From the NCBI GenBank assembly GCA_963663805.2, contig CAXXMR010000002.1, forward strand, positions 111,949-175,948: DNA of 64,000 bases. The letters are read 5' to 3'. The notes beneath the pieces were generated by a model. The model made no database searches and was not told the origin of the DNA. It saw only the letters and a list, made by a program, of their open reading frames with translations. A program made the position numbers and the translations under genes. Positions 29,480 to 39,958 of the stretch are shown here, piece by piece; positions within the stretch are counted from its first letter, which is position 1, and each line of letters starts with the position of its first letter. This DNA is from Sedimentisphaerales bacterium. GTDB lineage: Bacteria; Planctomycetota; Phycisphaerae; Sedimentisphaerales; SM23-30.

Positions 29480-30349
29480 TCAATCAAAGCCGGTAGTAAC
29501 CTTATCGCCCTGAATTACCGTGCCCAGCTTATTGACCAGACGGCCAGCCGACTCACTGGCTTCAACTTCGGTCACCAGAACCTCACCAATAAAATTGCCG
29601 CCCCGCACGATACGAAAACGGGTATTTTCCCGAACGCCCGACGCCGAACCAATCGAAAGTGCCACCAGTTCACCCTTCAGGTCGGTAATTTCACCGCGAA
29701 TCGGCACGCCCGAATCACGAATCAAAGTCTGAGAAACCTTGTCATCTTCAGGACGCATCTCATTCGATGCCAGCGTAACTTCCTGCAAACGACGACGAAT
29801 CTTGGCGTTTTCGTCTTCCAGTTCCTGAATCTTCTCCAGACGAAGTTTGCCGATAAGTTCCAGCTGGCTGCTCTTGACCTGCTCGCCATTGAGCGTCCGA
29901 CGCAGGTCAATCGTCTGAGTCTGAGCCACGATCATGTTGGCGTGAGATTTGTTAAGTTCTTCCTGAATAAATTGTTGCGCGACATACATGTTGTCAATCG
30001 TATCCCGCAGCGACTCGCTCAGAGCGACCGCCGTATTGGCCGTACTGTCAGCCTGGGCACGAGCTTTCGACTGAGAGTCACGCTCCCGGGCCAGTTGGCT
30101 GACCTGAGATTCCAGCAGTTGAATGCTGTCTTTGAGTTGGGCAAGCACTTTTTCCTGGCCGGTCTTGACCCGGCTGGTCTCTTCCTGATAAGCCAAAGCC
30201 TGGGTCATCGCCGCCGCCGTACGGGCCTTCTGGTCCTCATAGGCCTGACGATAATTCGCCTGGTTCATCTCAAAAACTACCAAAGCTCCGCAAAGGAAGA
30301 TCGCCAGTACCGATACCACAACCACCATCGTTTTGGTTAGAGTACTCAA
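29480..30349 (-). CDS. membrane-anchored coiled-coil protein with C-terminal beta domain
   Basis: N-terminal TM, long heptad region, LSIGSASGV...GDKV. Confidence 0.75.
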   Translation of the reverse strand: MSTLTKTMVVVVSVLAIFLCGALVVFEMNQANYRQAYEDQKARTAAAMTQALAYQEETSRVKTGQEKVLAQLKDSIQLLESQVSQLARERDSQSKARAQADSTANTAVALSESLRDTIDNMYVAQQFIQEELNKSHANMIVAQTQTIDLRRTLNGEQVKSSQLELIGKLRLEKIQELEDENAKIRRRLQEVTLASNEMRPEDDKVSQTLIRDSGVPIRGEITDLKGELVALSIGSASGVRENTRFRIVRGGNFIGEVLVTEVEASESAGRLVNKLGTVIQGDKVTTGFD

Positions 30350-30654
30350 AGTGTTGCTCCTTATATTATTACTTTTGTGAGGATTTTAATCCGGGCCGGT
30401 AAACCACTGTCTTGCCCCAACTGGGCCCAATGGCCCCCGGCAACTTGGGTCAGTGCCGATAACTGCCTTAAAATAAAACACTTACAGTCGCTATCGCCGA
30501 CCGCCAAAACTTCCCTGTCAGACACCCTCCACAAATGTCTGCCAAGGCTAGTAATTTTAAGTTCACCCCCGGTCAAGTCAAGTAATTTCTCTGCGTACCA
30601 AAATATAAAAAAACACCGTTGCACTGTCTTAATAAGCACCGATACAATAATGAT

Positions 30655-30888
30655 ATGAAATTTATCGCCTTCCTAAAAAGCAACAGCAAAATTCTGATGA
30701 TATGCTTTGTCATCGGACCTATTCTGGGCGCGGGCGTATTCGTCGAGTGGTACAACCGGCTGGAGCACAATGAAACCTCAACTTTCGTGCTAATCTGGAT
30801 AGCCATCGGTATGGCCATCAGCTTCAGCGTTGCATTAGCCTGCGTATGGCTTTTTCTGGACGCACTGATAGGCAAAAACAACAAATAA
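30655..30888 (+). CDS. small two-TM protein
   Basis: Two hydrophobic helices; codon bias matches neighbours. Confidence 0.55.
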   Translation: MKFIAFLKSNSKILMICFVIGPILGAGVFVEWYNRLEHNETSTFVLIWIAIGMAISFSVALACVWLFLDALIGKNNK

Positions 30889-30950
30889 CAAAGTTGTCAT
30901 TCAGGCCCATCTAAAACCAAAAATCGAATTTCACCCCCCGAAGGCTTGTC

Positions 30951-31883
30951 ATGCCCCGTAGTCTAAGCGAAAAAATCGACCTGCCCGCCTCGATAGTACT
31001 CATGGGATTCGTCATTTCCTGGTCGTCAGCCCAGATTTTTATCTATCAAATCCTCCGTAACGGGGTCTCCGTCTGGGACCAGAATTTCTACCGCTACTGC
31101 TGCGTCATGCTCATGGCCTGGCCGATGGTAATCATCAAACGACGCTTACGCCAGCCTGTCCCTCTGCCTAAAAGTTTGTGGTTAGCAGCACTCATCCCCG
31201 CCTTACCCGCCGCCGTTGCCCAGTCCGTCTCGCCTCTGGCACTCAAATACATGGAACCAGGAATGATGACCCTGCTCAGCAAACAATATGTCGTCTGGGC
31301 CGCCTTGTTCGGCATGTTTTTCTTCCGTGACGAAAGAAATTTAATCCACAGTTGGCGTTTCTGGACCGGGGCCACCCTGGCCCTGGCAGGCTCCGTCGGG
31401 GTTATCCTTTTCAAGCCGGAGGTAAGTTTTCAGGCCGAAATTATCGGTGTGCTGCTGGTCCTGATTTTCGCTGTAAGTTGGTCAGCCTACGGAGTTTGCA
31501 TTCGCAGAATAACCTCTCAGGCCGCCCCGCTCACCGGCTATATCCTCGTAAATACCTACGTCTTCATCTCCACCGCCGCTATCGCCTTTATCTGGGGCCG
31601 ACCTGTCCAGATCGCCGAAATCAGCAGCCAGAGCTGGCTCTTGATAGTAATTTCATCGATTGTGAATCTTTTCCTGCCCCACATGGGCCTCTATTGGGTA
31701 ATCAGCCGCATCGGCTCAACCCTCACCCAGACCGTAACTCTCGCCACCGCCTTCATCACCGCCCTGATGTCCTGGCTCTTCTACGATGAACTGCTGACCC
31801 CTTTCCAATGGCTCAGCGGACTTATCCTCATCAGCGGAGCAACCCTCACCCTCCTTTCCCAGCAAGACCTCAAAAAATCCTAA
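30951..31883 (+). CDS. DMT/EamA family transporter
   Basis: 10 TM in a duplicated EamA pattern; FYDELLTPFQWLSGLILISG. Confidence 0.85.
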   Translation: MPRSLSEKIDLPASIVLMGFVISWSSAQIFIYQILRNGVSVWDQNFYRYCCVMLMAWPMVIIKRRLRQPVPLPKSLWLAALIPALPAAVAQSVSPLALKYMEPGMMTLLSKQYVVWAALFGMFFFRDERNLIHSWRFWTGATLALAGSVGVILFKPEVSFQAEIIGVLLVLIFAVSWSAYGVCIRRITSQAAPLTGYILVNTYVFISTAAIAFIWGRPVQIAEISSQSWLLIVISSIVNLFLPHMGLYWVISRIGSTLTQTVTLATAFITALMSWLFYDELLTPFQWLSGLILISGATLTLLSQQDLKKS

Positions 31884-31951
31884 CCCTTTTCTCCCTTGCC
31901 GCTTAAACAAAATACCGCTAAAATCCAGGCATCCGTAAGGTCAAACAGAAA

Positions 31952-32110
31952 GCAAAAGCCGCCCCGCGTAAGAGCGTGTTGCCCAAACAGGAACCGAGCC
32001 GCGTAAGCAGCCGGATACGACCACCCAAAAACCGCCACAAGCCCCAAAGGGGCAAAAAAATTAGTTGCCGTTAAAATCCGCATAATCCGCGGCCAAATAT
32101 TTTCGTTGTA
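31952..32110 (+). repeat. composite repeat (family B hairpins CCGAGCCGCGTAAGCGGCCGG + family C AATCCGYGTAATCCGCGG); second copy about 33608-33775; parts at 5742, 29098, 32244, 34559, 63685(-)
   Basis: Direct visual alignment. Confidence 0.85.
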
Positions 32111-32402
32111 GTTGTTTGTTGTTTTGAATTTTGTGTTTAGAATTTGTTTAGTCTCTTACAAATGAAATTTTGCGCAAAATGGCAACAATTTATCAGAGCC
32201 GCGCACGTAAGTAAGCGGTGCCGTTGCCGTTAAAAATCCGCGAAATCCGTGTAATCCGCGGCTAAATATTTTTTTCTGATAGAATTTAGTGCTTGGGGTT
32301 TCCAGTTTATCTGGGTTAGGATTTAGAATTTAGGGCTTAGAATTTCCAGTTTATCTGGGTTAGGGCTCAGAATTTCCAACGAAGTTGGCCTGGGAGACAA
32401 TC

Positions 32403-33374
32403 ATGAAAAAATTCTTTTTTGTTCTGATACTGGTCGTAATCGCGGTAGTTGCCTTGTGGCTTATGGACAGCGGCAAGAGCGGCGGCGAATGTGAACCTAT
32501 CGAATCCGAAATCGCCCTCAAAATGCCCGTAGGCTGCTGGGCCAAAGTACTCGTCACCGAAGAATACGATATGAGCGAAAAAGGCCTGATGGGCATTACC
32601 TATCGCGGCAGCCAGGAAGTCAATGTCTATCTCGAGTGCTTACGCGTTGATAAAGATGGAGTTATGACCATCCTCCAAAGCTGGGACGCCATCAAACTCA
32701 CCGGCATGTCCAAAGGCACCCCCTACCAATGGGATTCCGAACTGCCCAAACAAAAACGCGTCCCCGAATGCCTGATGTGGATGCAGCTCAAAAATATTGA
32801 CATCGAAGTAAAGGTCAGGCCCGACGGTTCAATCGAGAAAATTCTCGGAGCCGAAGACCTCGCTGCCGCCTATATCCAGGTCCACCGCCTCGACGACGAT
32901 ATGTCCGAAGAAGACAAACAGGACCTTCTCGAATTAATGACCGAAAAGGTCGAAAAAGCCTGCGAAAATATCCTCGACGGTATCCTGCCCAGCTACCCCC
33001 AGGGCCCCTTAAAGGTCGGCCAAAAATATTTCGTCAAAGGCCGCGCCGCCGTCATGGTCCAGGTCGATAACGCCCTCGAGCTAACCTATAAAGGTGTTCG
33101 CGCTGGCCAGGCCGTCTTCGACAATTACCAGGAAATCCTCGCTGGCAGCTCAACTGCCACTATGGGCATCGGCCAAGCCTCCAGCATCGAAAAAGACACC
33201 GAAGTCACCGCCCAGGGAGAGCTTACCGTAGATTTAGAAACCGGCCTCTACTCCTGCGATATGGCTGGCACTATCAAATTCGTCCAGAGAGGCGAAGTCT
33301 TGGGCCTGGCCCAGAACAAAGATATGACTGGAACTTGGACCGGCTCAGTAAAAATCTTCGAACAGGGCGATTGA
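32403..33374 (+). CDS. exported hypothetical protein (DUF6263-like)
   Basis: N-terminal TM; WDS, VRPDGSI, YPQGPLKVGQ motifs. Confidence 0.6.
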   Translation: MKKFFFVLILVVIAVVALWLMDSGKSGGECEPIESEIALKMPVGCWAKVLVTEEYDMSEKGLMGITYRGSQEVNVYLECLRVDKDGVMTILQSWDAIKLTGMSKGTPYQWDSELPKQKRVPECLMWMQLKNIDIEVKVRPDGSIEKILGAEDLAAAYIQVHRLDDDMSEEDKQDLLELMTEKVEKACENILDGILPSYPQGPLKVGQKYFVKGRAAVMVQVDNALELTYKGVRAGQAVFDNYQEILAGSSTATMGIGQASSIEKDTEVTAQGELTVDLETGLYSCDMAGTIKFVQRGEVLGLAQNKDMTGTWTGSVKIFEQGD

Positions 33375-33393
33375 CCTGTTGCCAGATTATCGC

Positions 33394-33422
33394 TTGCAAT
33401 TGAACAGACCGGCCATTATATT
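33394..33422 (+). promoter_or_regulatory. sigma70-type promoter for tRNA-Gln
   Basis: TTGCAA-17-TATATT. Confidence 0.5.
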
Positions 33423-33486
33423 ATCTATCCGGTTGCCCAAGCGACTGTGGATGTGTTCCGTAAGTCCTTTTTGAATAAAGGCTTAT

Positions 33487-33557
33487 TGGGGAATAGTGTA
33501 ATGGCAGCACAAGTGACTCTGAATCACTTAGTCTAGGTTCGAATCCTAGTTCCCCAG
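33487..33557 (+). tRNA. tRNA-Gln(CTG), CCA not encoded
   Basis: Acceptor stem TGGGGAA/TTCCCCA; anticodon arm AGTGA-CT-CTG-AA-TCACT; T arm CTAGG-TTCGAAT-CCTAG. Confidence 0.96.
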
Positions 33558-33848
33558 TTCTCTGAATAAACGTTGCGGCTATTAAAGACCCCAAATGGGT
33601 CGTAACAACAAAAGCCGAACAGCGTAAGCCGTCGGACAGCCCAAACAGGAACCGCCCCGCATAAGCGGCCGGATACGACCAAACAAAAACCGCCACAAGC
33701 TCCAAAAGGGCGAAATTAGTTGCCGTTAAAAATCCGCGAAATCCGTGTAATCCGCGGTTAAACATTTTCGTTGTTGTTATTTAGTATTTTGAGTTGATAC
33801 CCAACCAGAAATTTGGCCAATACCCCCTTATGTACCACGGAGTCTATC

Positions 33849-34346
33849 ATGATTCATTTTGAATGTGTCGAATGCGGCGAAAATCTCGAAGCTCCTCTCT
33901 CCATGACCGGCGAAGTCATCGAATGTCCCCGTTGCGGTTCCAAGGAGACCGTCCCCGTAGAAGGTGGCCAGCCCATTGCTACCCCCAAACCTGTCGATAC
34001 CCCCATCAAGGTTGACCTGGAAGACGAGGTGCCAATCACCCTGGAGGGAAACGACGACGAAGGCCCCATGAGGTCCAGCCAGATTCGCACTTTTGATATG
34101 GGCTCATCTCTCGAAAAACGCAAGGAAAGCTGGAAACGCCCCACCAACATGGACAACAAAGGCGCAACCCGCGTCCGAAACTTCCACACCAAGCTAACCG
34201 ACAACGCCATGCGCTACCTCGACGACGAAATCAACGAGTGGATCGACGCCAACCCCGACGTCGAAGTGAAATTCTCCAACACCACCGTCGGCCCCGTCGA
34301 AGGCAAAAAAATCGAAAACCACCTGATCATCACACTTTGGTATTAA
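33849..34346 (+). CDS. zinc-ribbon protein with small C-terminal alpha/beta domain
   Basis: CVECG...CPRCG; GGAG RBS. Confidence 0.75.
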   Translation: MIHFECVECGENLEAPLSMTGEVIECPRCGSKETVPVEGGQPIATPKPVDTPIKVDLEDEVPITLEGNDDEGPMRSSQIRTFDMGSSLEKRKESWKRPTNMDNKGATRVRNFHTKLTDNAMRYLDDEINEWIDANPDVEVKFSNTTVGPVEGKKIENHLIITLWY

Positions 34347-34674
34347 AGCGGATAAAATCCGTTTTTATTTGCTATTTTGACGTATTTTTCAAAAAAAATC
34401 GTCAAAAATCGTCAAAAATCGGTCGCTTCAGGACAAAACACGCCGAAAAAAACGTCTTTACGTTCTCAAAAATAAAGACTTACAACAATCAATCCCTCCC
34501 ACGCAAAATAAGGACTTACAAACACCCAAACCATTCGCGATTTGAGAAAAAAACAAAAGCCGAGCCGCGTAAGCGGCCGGATAACAACTGTCATAAACGC
34601 CCAGACCATAACTGTCACAAACGGCTGGAAAATAGTTCACACCACCGCAGGCGAAACCGAATTTATTTCTATCG

Positions 34675-36285
34675 TTACGAAATAAATTCCAGCGTATCAT
34701 CTATCCGTTTCAGTGTCCGTTCCTTGCCCAGCAGCATCAGACTCTCATCGATCGGCGGGCTAACCATCGTCCCCGTAATCGCTACCCGCAGCGGCTGAGC
34801 CACCTTGCCCATTCCGACTTGGTGTTCCTCGCAAAGTTTTTCAATCGCTCCGTGCAGGCTGTGGGCGTCCCATGTTTCCAGTGCCGCCAAGGCTGACTGC
34901 GTCAGCTTCATTAATTCCGCCACGCCGTCTTTTTGCAGAACCTTTTTAACCGCCTTTTCGTCGAACTCAACCTTATCGACAAACAGAAACATGCTTTTCG
35001 TGGCTACATCTTCCAGCGTCCGTGCCCCTTCACATATCTTGAGAAGATGTGCCAATGTCTTGTCGTCCGCTTTGCCTATCGGCGATTCCACCACTTCCAG
35101 ATAACGCTTGAAATGCTCCAATAGCTTCTCTGGAGCTATTATACGCATATGTTCGGTATTGAATGAAATCAGCTTTTTCCGGTCAAACAAACTATTGGTT
35201 TTATTCAGACGGTTAATGTCGAACGCTTCGATTAGTTCTTCGATGGGCATAATCTCACGATTATCGCCTGGGTTCCAGCCTAACAGTGAAACAAAATTAA
35301 CCAACGCTTCAGGTATGTATCCGCTGTGCAAAAAATCCACCACATTGATTTCCGGAAGATGCACATGTATATGTTCCGCTATCGCGGTAATGTTAGGTCC
35401 ATCTAGTTCATTTTTCTTATTCAGAAAGCCCGCAAACTCTTCAACGCTAACCCCGCCCACCTGCGCCAGCTCCGCATGGTCTAAACCTTCAGCTTCTTTA
35501 ATCGCCTGCCGCAGCACCTTGCCTCGTTCCCGTTTGGACAGCTTCCCGCCGCCCTCGGAAATCGTCACCGACATATGAGCATATACCGGCCTGCGAAAAC
35601 CCAATGCTTCCTGCAAAGCGATATGACCCGGCGTATTCATCAAATGTTCCTGGCCCCGAAGAATATGCGTAACACCCATAAGTTCATCATCAACCACGCA
35701 CGCAAAATGATAAGTCGGAAAACCATCCGACTTCTGAATAATAAAATCCCCAATTTCCGCCGCCCCAAACCTAACTCCCCCTCTGACAACATCTTGCACC
35801 ACTATATCATTACCCGGCATCGCGAACCGAACCACCACCGGACGCCCCTCCTTTTCCGCCCTCTCCACCGCCGCGACATCCGGCAAGACTTCCGGCCGGT
35901 CATAAGTATATGTACGTTTATCCTGTTGGGCTTTTTCACGCTGAATTTGTAATTCCTCTGGAGTATCAAAGCAGTAATACGCCCGGCCGGAATCGAGCAA
36001 CTGCTGCATGTATTTATTGTAAATATCAAGCCGTTCTGATTGATAATACGGTCCGTTTTCGCCGCCGACTTCCGGGCCTTCATCCCACATAATCCCCAGC
36101 CAGGCAAGGTCTTTCATCACCTGCTGAGCAGCGGTGGGGGTGTTGCGTTTCTGGTCGGTGTCTTCCATCCTGAGAATAAACTTCCCGCTCCCTTTACGTG
36201 CCGCCAGGAAACAAAACAAAGCGGTACGTGCCCCGCCGATATGTAAATAGCCCGTCGGTGACGGGGCAAATCTGGTAACTATCAT
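34675..36285 (-). CDS. gltX: glutamate--tRNA ligase with an insertion after KLSKR
   Basis: TRFAPSPTGYLHIGG, RGQEH, KLSKR, PLRVAITG. Confidence 0.95.
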   Translation of the reverse strand: MIVTRFAPSPTGYLHIGGARTALFCFLAARKGSGKFILRMEDTDQKRNTPTAAQQVMKDLAWLGIMWDEGPEVGGENGPYYQSERLDIYNKYMQQLLDSGRAYYCFDTPEELQIQREKAQQDKRTYTYDRPEVLPDVAAVERAEKEGRPVVVRFAMPGNDIVVQDVVRGGVRFGAAEIGDFIIQKSDGFPTYHFACVVDDELMGVTHILRGQEHLMNTPGHIALQEALGFRRPVYAHMSVTISEGGGKLSKRERGKVLRQAIKEAEGLDHAELAQVGGVSVEEFAGFLNKKNELDGPNITAIAEHIHVHLPEINVVDFLHSGYIPEALVNFVSLLGWNPGDNREIMPIEELIEAFDINRLNKTNSLFDRKKLISFNTEHMRIIAPEKLLEHFKRYLEVVESPIGKADDKTLAHLLKICEGARTLEDVATKSMFLFVDKVEFDEKAVKKVLQKDGVAELMKLTQSALAALETWDAHSLHGAIEKLCEEHQVGMGKVAQPLRVAITGTMVSPPIDESLMLLGKERTLKRIDDTLEFIS

Positions 36286-36489
36286 TACTTATAACTCCTT
36301 AAGCCATTTTGTCAAACCGCTAAGGGTACCTCTGATGTATTTAAATGTCAAATACAATGAGTTTGCCAGGGTTTAAGGGGTGTTTTCTGTTAAATTTGGG
36401 AAAACGTTTTTTGCTTTTTTGGGCGTTGTTTTTAGCCGAATAAGTTTGTAGGTAGTATGTATTTAGGTTGATACTTTCAGGAGTTTTTT

Positions 36490-37563
36490 ATGAAACGGTC
36501 GGCATTGAGAATTATCGGGCTACTTATGTTTTTGTTTGTTACTGCCGGGCTGGGTTCATCTGAATCTTTCGCGGCGAATGCTGAGCAGCCCAAAGTTTAT
36601 ATTGTTCAAAGTTATGAGTCTGATAATGTTTGCGGGCGGCCTCAGGAAGAGGGGATAGTTGAAATTCTGGAAAAGGAATACGGGGAACGTCTGGTTATTC
36701 GGACACATTACATGGATACCAAGACTGTCAATAGTGCCAAGGAAGCGATGCAGGCTGATGCTGCAAAAGTACTGCAAGAGATTGAGGTTTTCGGACCTGA
36801 TATTGTTTTTACGGTGGACGATAACGCTTTTCGTGAAGTCGGGCTTAAACTGGTTGGTCGTTCTTTTCCGGTGGTTTTTACCGGGATGAACGCTCAGCCG
36901 GAAGTTTATAATGCCAAAATCCCTTTTCTGGACAGTAACGGCATTCCCAACGCAAATATAACGGGTGTTTATGAGAAGCTTCATGTGCAGACCAGTCTGA
37001 ATGTTGTCAAAGGTATTTTACCGGACCTGAAAAAGGTTGTTGTGTTATTGGACAATACCACTACTGGTTACGCAGTTGAGGCTCAGTTGCAGAAAGAGCT
37101 TGAGAACAATACGACCGGTGTCGCAATGGCTGTTCGTCATGTGGGTACGATGCAGGAGCTGATTGAGGCAGTTGAGCAGATTAACAATGATGCTGAGGTT
37201 GGCGCTATTTATAATGTTGTGGTTAGTGTTAAAGATGATGACGGCAAGTCGGTTGACATGAAGAGTACCTTTCGGGAGTCGCTGATTCGTTCCAGGAAGC
37301 CTTCGATCGCTATAAATTTTGCGTTTTGTGAGCTGGGATTGTTTGGAGGGGCTTCGGTGGATTTTGTTGATTTGGGTAATCAGGCTGCCCTGATGGGGAT
37401 TTCTTTGCTGCGGGGCGGTAATATTCAATCGCTTCCCATTCGTTCGTCGGAGAAATACCTGATAACATTTAATTACGCATGCGCTCAGCGTTTGGGCATT
37501 ACGATTCATGATGAAGTGTTAAGTGTCGCGATTTTGTATCATGAGGAGCCGCTTCTGAAATAA
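36490..37563 (+). CDS. periplasmic ABC_sub_bind-like ligand-binding protein
   Basis: Signal peptide; YMDTK, DDNA, PVVFTG, NITGV.E. Confidence 0.8.
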   Translation: MKRSALRIIGLLMFLFVTAGLGSSESFAANAEQPKVYIVQSYESDNVCGRPQEEGIVEILEKEYGERLVIRTHYMDTKTVNSAKEAMQADAAKVLQEIEVFGPDIVFTVDDNAFREVGLKLVGRSFPVVFTGMNAQPEVYNAKIPFLDSNGIPNANITGVYEKLHVQTSLNVVKGILPDLKKVVVLLDNTTTGYAVEAQLQKELENNTTGVAMAVRHVGTMQELIEAVEQINNDAEVGAIYNVVVSVKDDDGKSVDMKSTFRESLIRSRKPSIAINFAFCELGLFGGASVDFVDLGNQAALMGISLLRGGNIQSLPIRSSEKYLITFNYACAQRLGITIHDEVLSVAILYHEEPLLK

Positions 37564-37601
37564 ACCCGCACTCGGAACAGTCGAGAACGGGAAGGAGAGA
37601 A

Positions 37602-39938
37602 ATGGAAAAGCGCAGAATAAGTATATTTCAATCGATTCGGCCCAAGGTAGTGGCCGCGATTATTGTACCGCCGGTATTATTTTTGATATTGGGCGCGGTA
37701 TTATTCGCTCATTCTGTGCGTCAGGTATTGACCAAAACTTCGCAGACTGATTTAAAGCAATTAGAAACTGTTAATCAAGGTCTTTTGCGGCAGCGGCTGG
37801 AGGATTTTTCTGAGAAGTCCCAGCGTCTTGCCATCAATTCTCAATTGATTGTTCCGTTAAAGTTGAACGTAGCGTATCAGCTTCAGGCGGTTCTCGATAC
37901 TATGCTCGCGCAAAATGAACTTCAGACTCTGGCGGTTTTTAAGCCTGACGGTGTTGTTTGCAGTACAGCCGGTTTGGCTGTTGATAATTATGAGTTTGAT
38001 CGTGATGTTGAAATCAGGTCGGTTCGCGAATCGGTTTCTCAGGTGCGATATGGCCTTGACAATGATGGTCGGGTTGTCGAAATGGGTTTTGTTTTGATTC
38101 AGCAGGCTGATTCTGGGATTGGGGTTTTGTTTGCCGCTCGGGTTTTGTCATTGAACGAAGTGTTCGCCCGCTCTTTGGTAGTGAGTTCGGGTAAGGTTGT
38201 GGCTGAGTCTCCCAGCGGTTCCTTTTTGCGGCCTTATGTGAATACGATTCTCGAAAAATTTTCGGGACAGGAGCAAATATCGCTTGGTGAACACAAAATT
38301 TCAGCGATTCGGATACCCATCCCTGGTTTAGAGATGAATCATGCCTGTTTGCTGGCAGGTATTGACCAGACAGCTCAATATGACAGGCAGAATAAAGTCA
38401 TGTTATATATTGGTCTGGTGGGGTTGGGTACGGTTCTGCTGATAGTAATTTACAGTTGGGTCTTGAGCCGGAGGCTGACTAATCCGATATTGCGGATTAC
38501 GAATATCGCCGCTCAGATTTCCGGTGGTCAAAAAGGGGTAGAGTGGCTGGAGGAACGTGAAGATGAGGTAGGGATACTTAATTACACTCTTAAGGCAATG
38601 ACCGGCAGTCTTCAGGATTCCAATGAAAATCTGGTAGAGGCGCTGCGGAAGGCGGAGCAAAACAGGCAGGAGGCTGAGCATTTTAGCGAAAAGCTTCAAA
38701 GTCTTAATGAGAGTCTGGAAGAGGTGGTTCGTGAGCGTACTCAGGATTTGATTGATGCCAAAGAAATGGCTGAAAACGCGAGCAAGATGAAAGGCGAATT
38801 TCTGGCCAACATGAGCCATGAGATTCGGACTCCGATGAATGCCATAATCGGTTTTTCCAACGTTCTTCTTAACGAACAGATAAGTGAAAGTCAGCTTGAG
38901 TATGTTAATTATATAAATGACGCGGGCAAAAACCTGCTGACGGTAATCAATGATATTCTTGATATTTCCAAGATAGAATCTGGTAAACTTCAGGTTGAAA
39001 TCAGAGAGTGTTTATTAAGGGGTATGTTGGACAGTGTCAAGTCTCTGATGATTCAAGTTGCCGATGAGAAGAAGCTTGATTTCCAGATAATACTTGCTTC
39101 AAATTTGCCTGCCACTATTACGACTGATGATACTCGTGTTCGGCAGTGTTTGATTAATCTGGCCAATAATGCCGTGAAGTTTACGGAAAAAGGTCATGTG
39201 TATATAAAGGTATCTCTTGACGAATCTGGTCCGGAGCCGTTCATTTGCTTTGCGGTTGAAGATACCGGAATTGGCATTGCCTCGGAAAAACAGGCTTTGG
39301 TTTTTGAGTCATTTTCTCAGGCGGACGGCAGCACAAATCGCAAGTTTGGCGGTACTGGTCTGGGACTGACGATTACCAAGCGTCTGATTGAAATGCTGGG
39401 CGGCAGTATCAGCCTGGAAAGCGAAGTTGGCAAGGGTTCGTGTTTTATCGTGAAAATTCCTGTTGCCGCCGAGCTTAGCAGTGAGACTGAATCGCAGCAG
39501 GGTTCTCGATTGGTGGAGTCTGATTATGTTGAGCAGAAACGGCGAGAAGTTGGCGAACAAGGTGCAAGGCCGGGGCATGTTCTGGTAGCTGAGGACAATG
39601 TTGCCAACCAGGCGCTGATAAAACTGCTGCTCAAGAAGAATAATTTGCAGGTAACAGTGGCGAATGACGGGCGTGAAGCGATAGATTTAGCTTGCGAGGC
39701 AGATTATGACCTTATTCTTATGGATCTTCAAATGCCGGAGATGAATGGTTATGATGCTACTCGTATGCTGAGGTCAAGGGGGCTTGCGACACCTATTGTG
39801 GCGTTAACCGCTTTTGCGATGGCTGACGACCGGGAAAAAGCTCTGGAGGCCGGCTGCGATGATTATCTTGCCAAGCCGATAAATTCGGAAAAACTGGATG
39901 AGGTAGTCGCGAAATATATTGGGGGTGTGTTGGCGTAG
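37602..39938 (+). CDS. hybrid histidine kinase (TM-HAMP-HisKA-HATPase-REC)
   Basis: [38 protein letters not shown]. Confidence 0.95.
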   Translation: MEKRRISIFQSIRPKVVAAIIVPPVLFLILGAVLFAHSVRQVLTKTSQTDLKQLETVNQGLLRQRLEDFSEKSQRLAINSQLIVPLKLNVAYQLQAVLDTMLAQNELQTLAVFKPDGVVCSTAGLAVDNYEFDRDVEIRSVRESVSQVRYGLDNDGRVVEMGFVLIQQADSGIGVLFAARVLSLNEVFARSLVVSSGKVVAESPSGSFLRPYVNTILEKFSGQEQISLGEHKISAIRIPIPGLEMNHACLLAGIDQTAQYDRQNKVMLYIGLVGLGTVLLIVIYSWVLSRRLTNPILRITNIAAQISGGQKGVEWLEEREDEVGILNYTLKAMTGSLQDSNENLVEALRKAEQNRQEAEHFSEKLQSLNESLEEVVRERTQDLIDAKEMAENASKMKGEFLANMSHEIRTPMNAIIGFSNVLLNEQISESQLEYVNYINDAGKNLLTVINDILDISKIESGKLQVEIRECLLRGMLDSVKSLMIQVADEKKLDFQIILASNLPATITTDDTRVRQCLINLANNAVKFTEKGHVYIKVSLDESGPEPFICFAVEDTGIGIASEKQALVFESFSQADGSTNRKFGGTGLGLTITKRLIEMLGGSISLESEVGKGSCFIVKIPVAAELSSETESQQGSRLVESDYVEQKRREVGEQGARPGHVLVAEDNVANQALIKLLLKKNNLQVTVANDGREAIDLACEADYDLILMDLQMPEMNGYDATRMLRSRGLATPIVALTAFAMADDREKALEAGCDDYLAKPINSEKLDEVVAKYIGGVLA

Positions 39939-39958
39939 AAAGGGTGTTGGACATTCTT

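Noticed and set aside
31880..33765. Similar short ORFs 31880-32083 and 33421-33765 (also 34458-34700)
   Set aside because: The similarity comes from translated intergenic repeats, and one overlaps the tRNA.
33487..33800. Genomic island integrated at tRNA-Gln
   Set aside because: No integrase and no duplicated tRNA 3' end were seen in the window.
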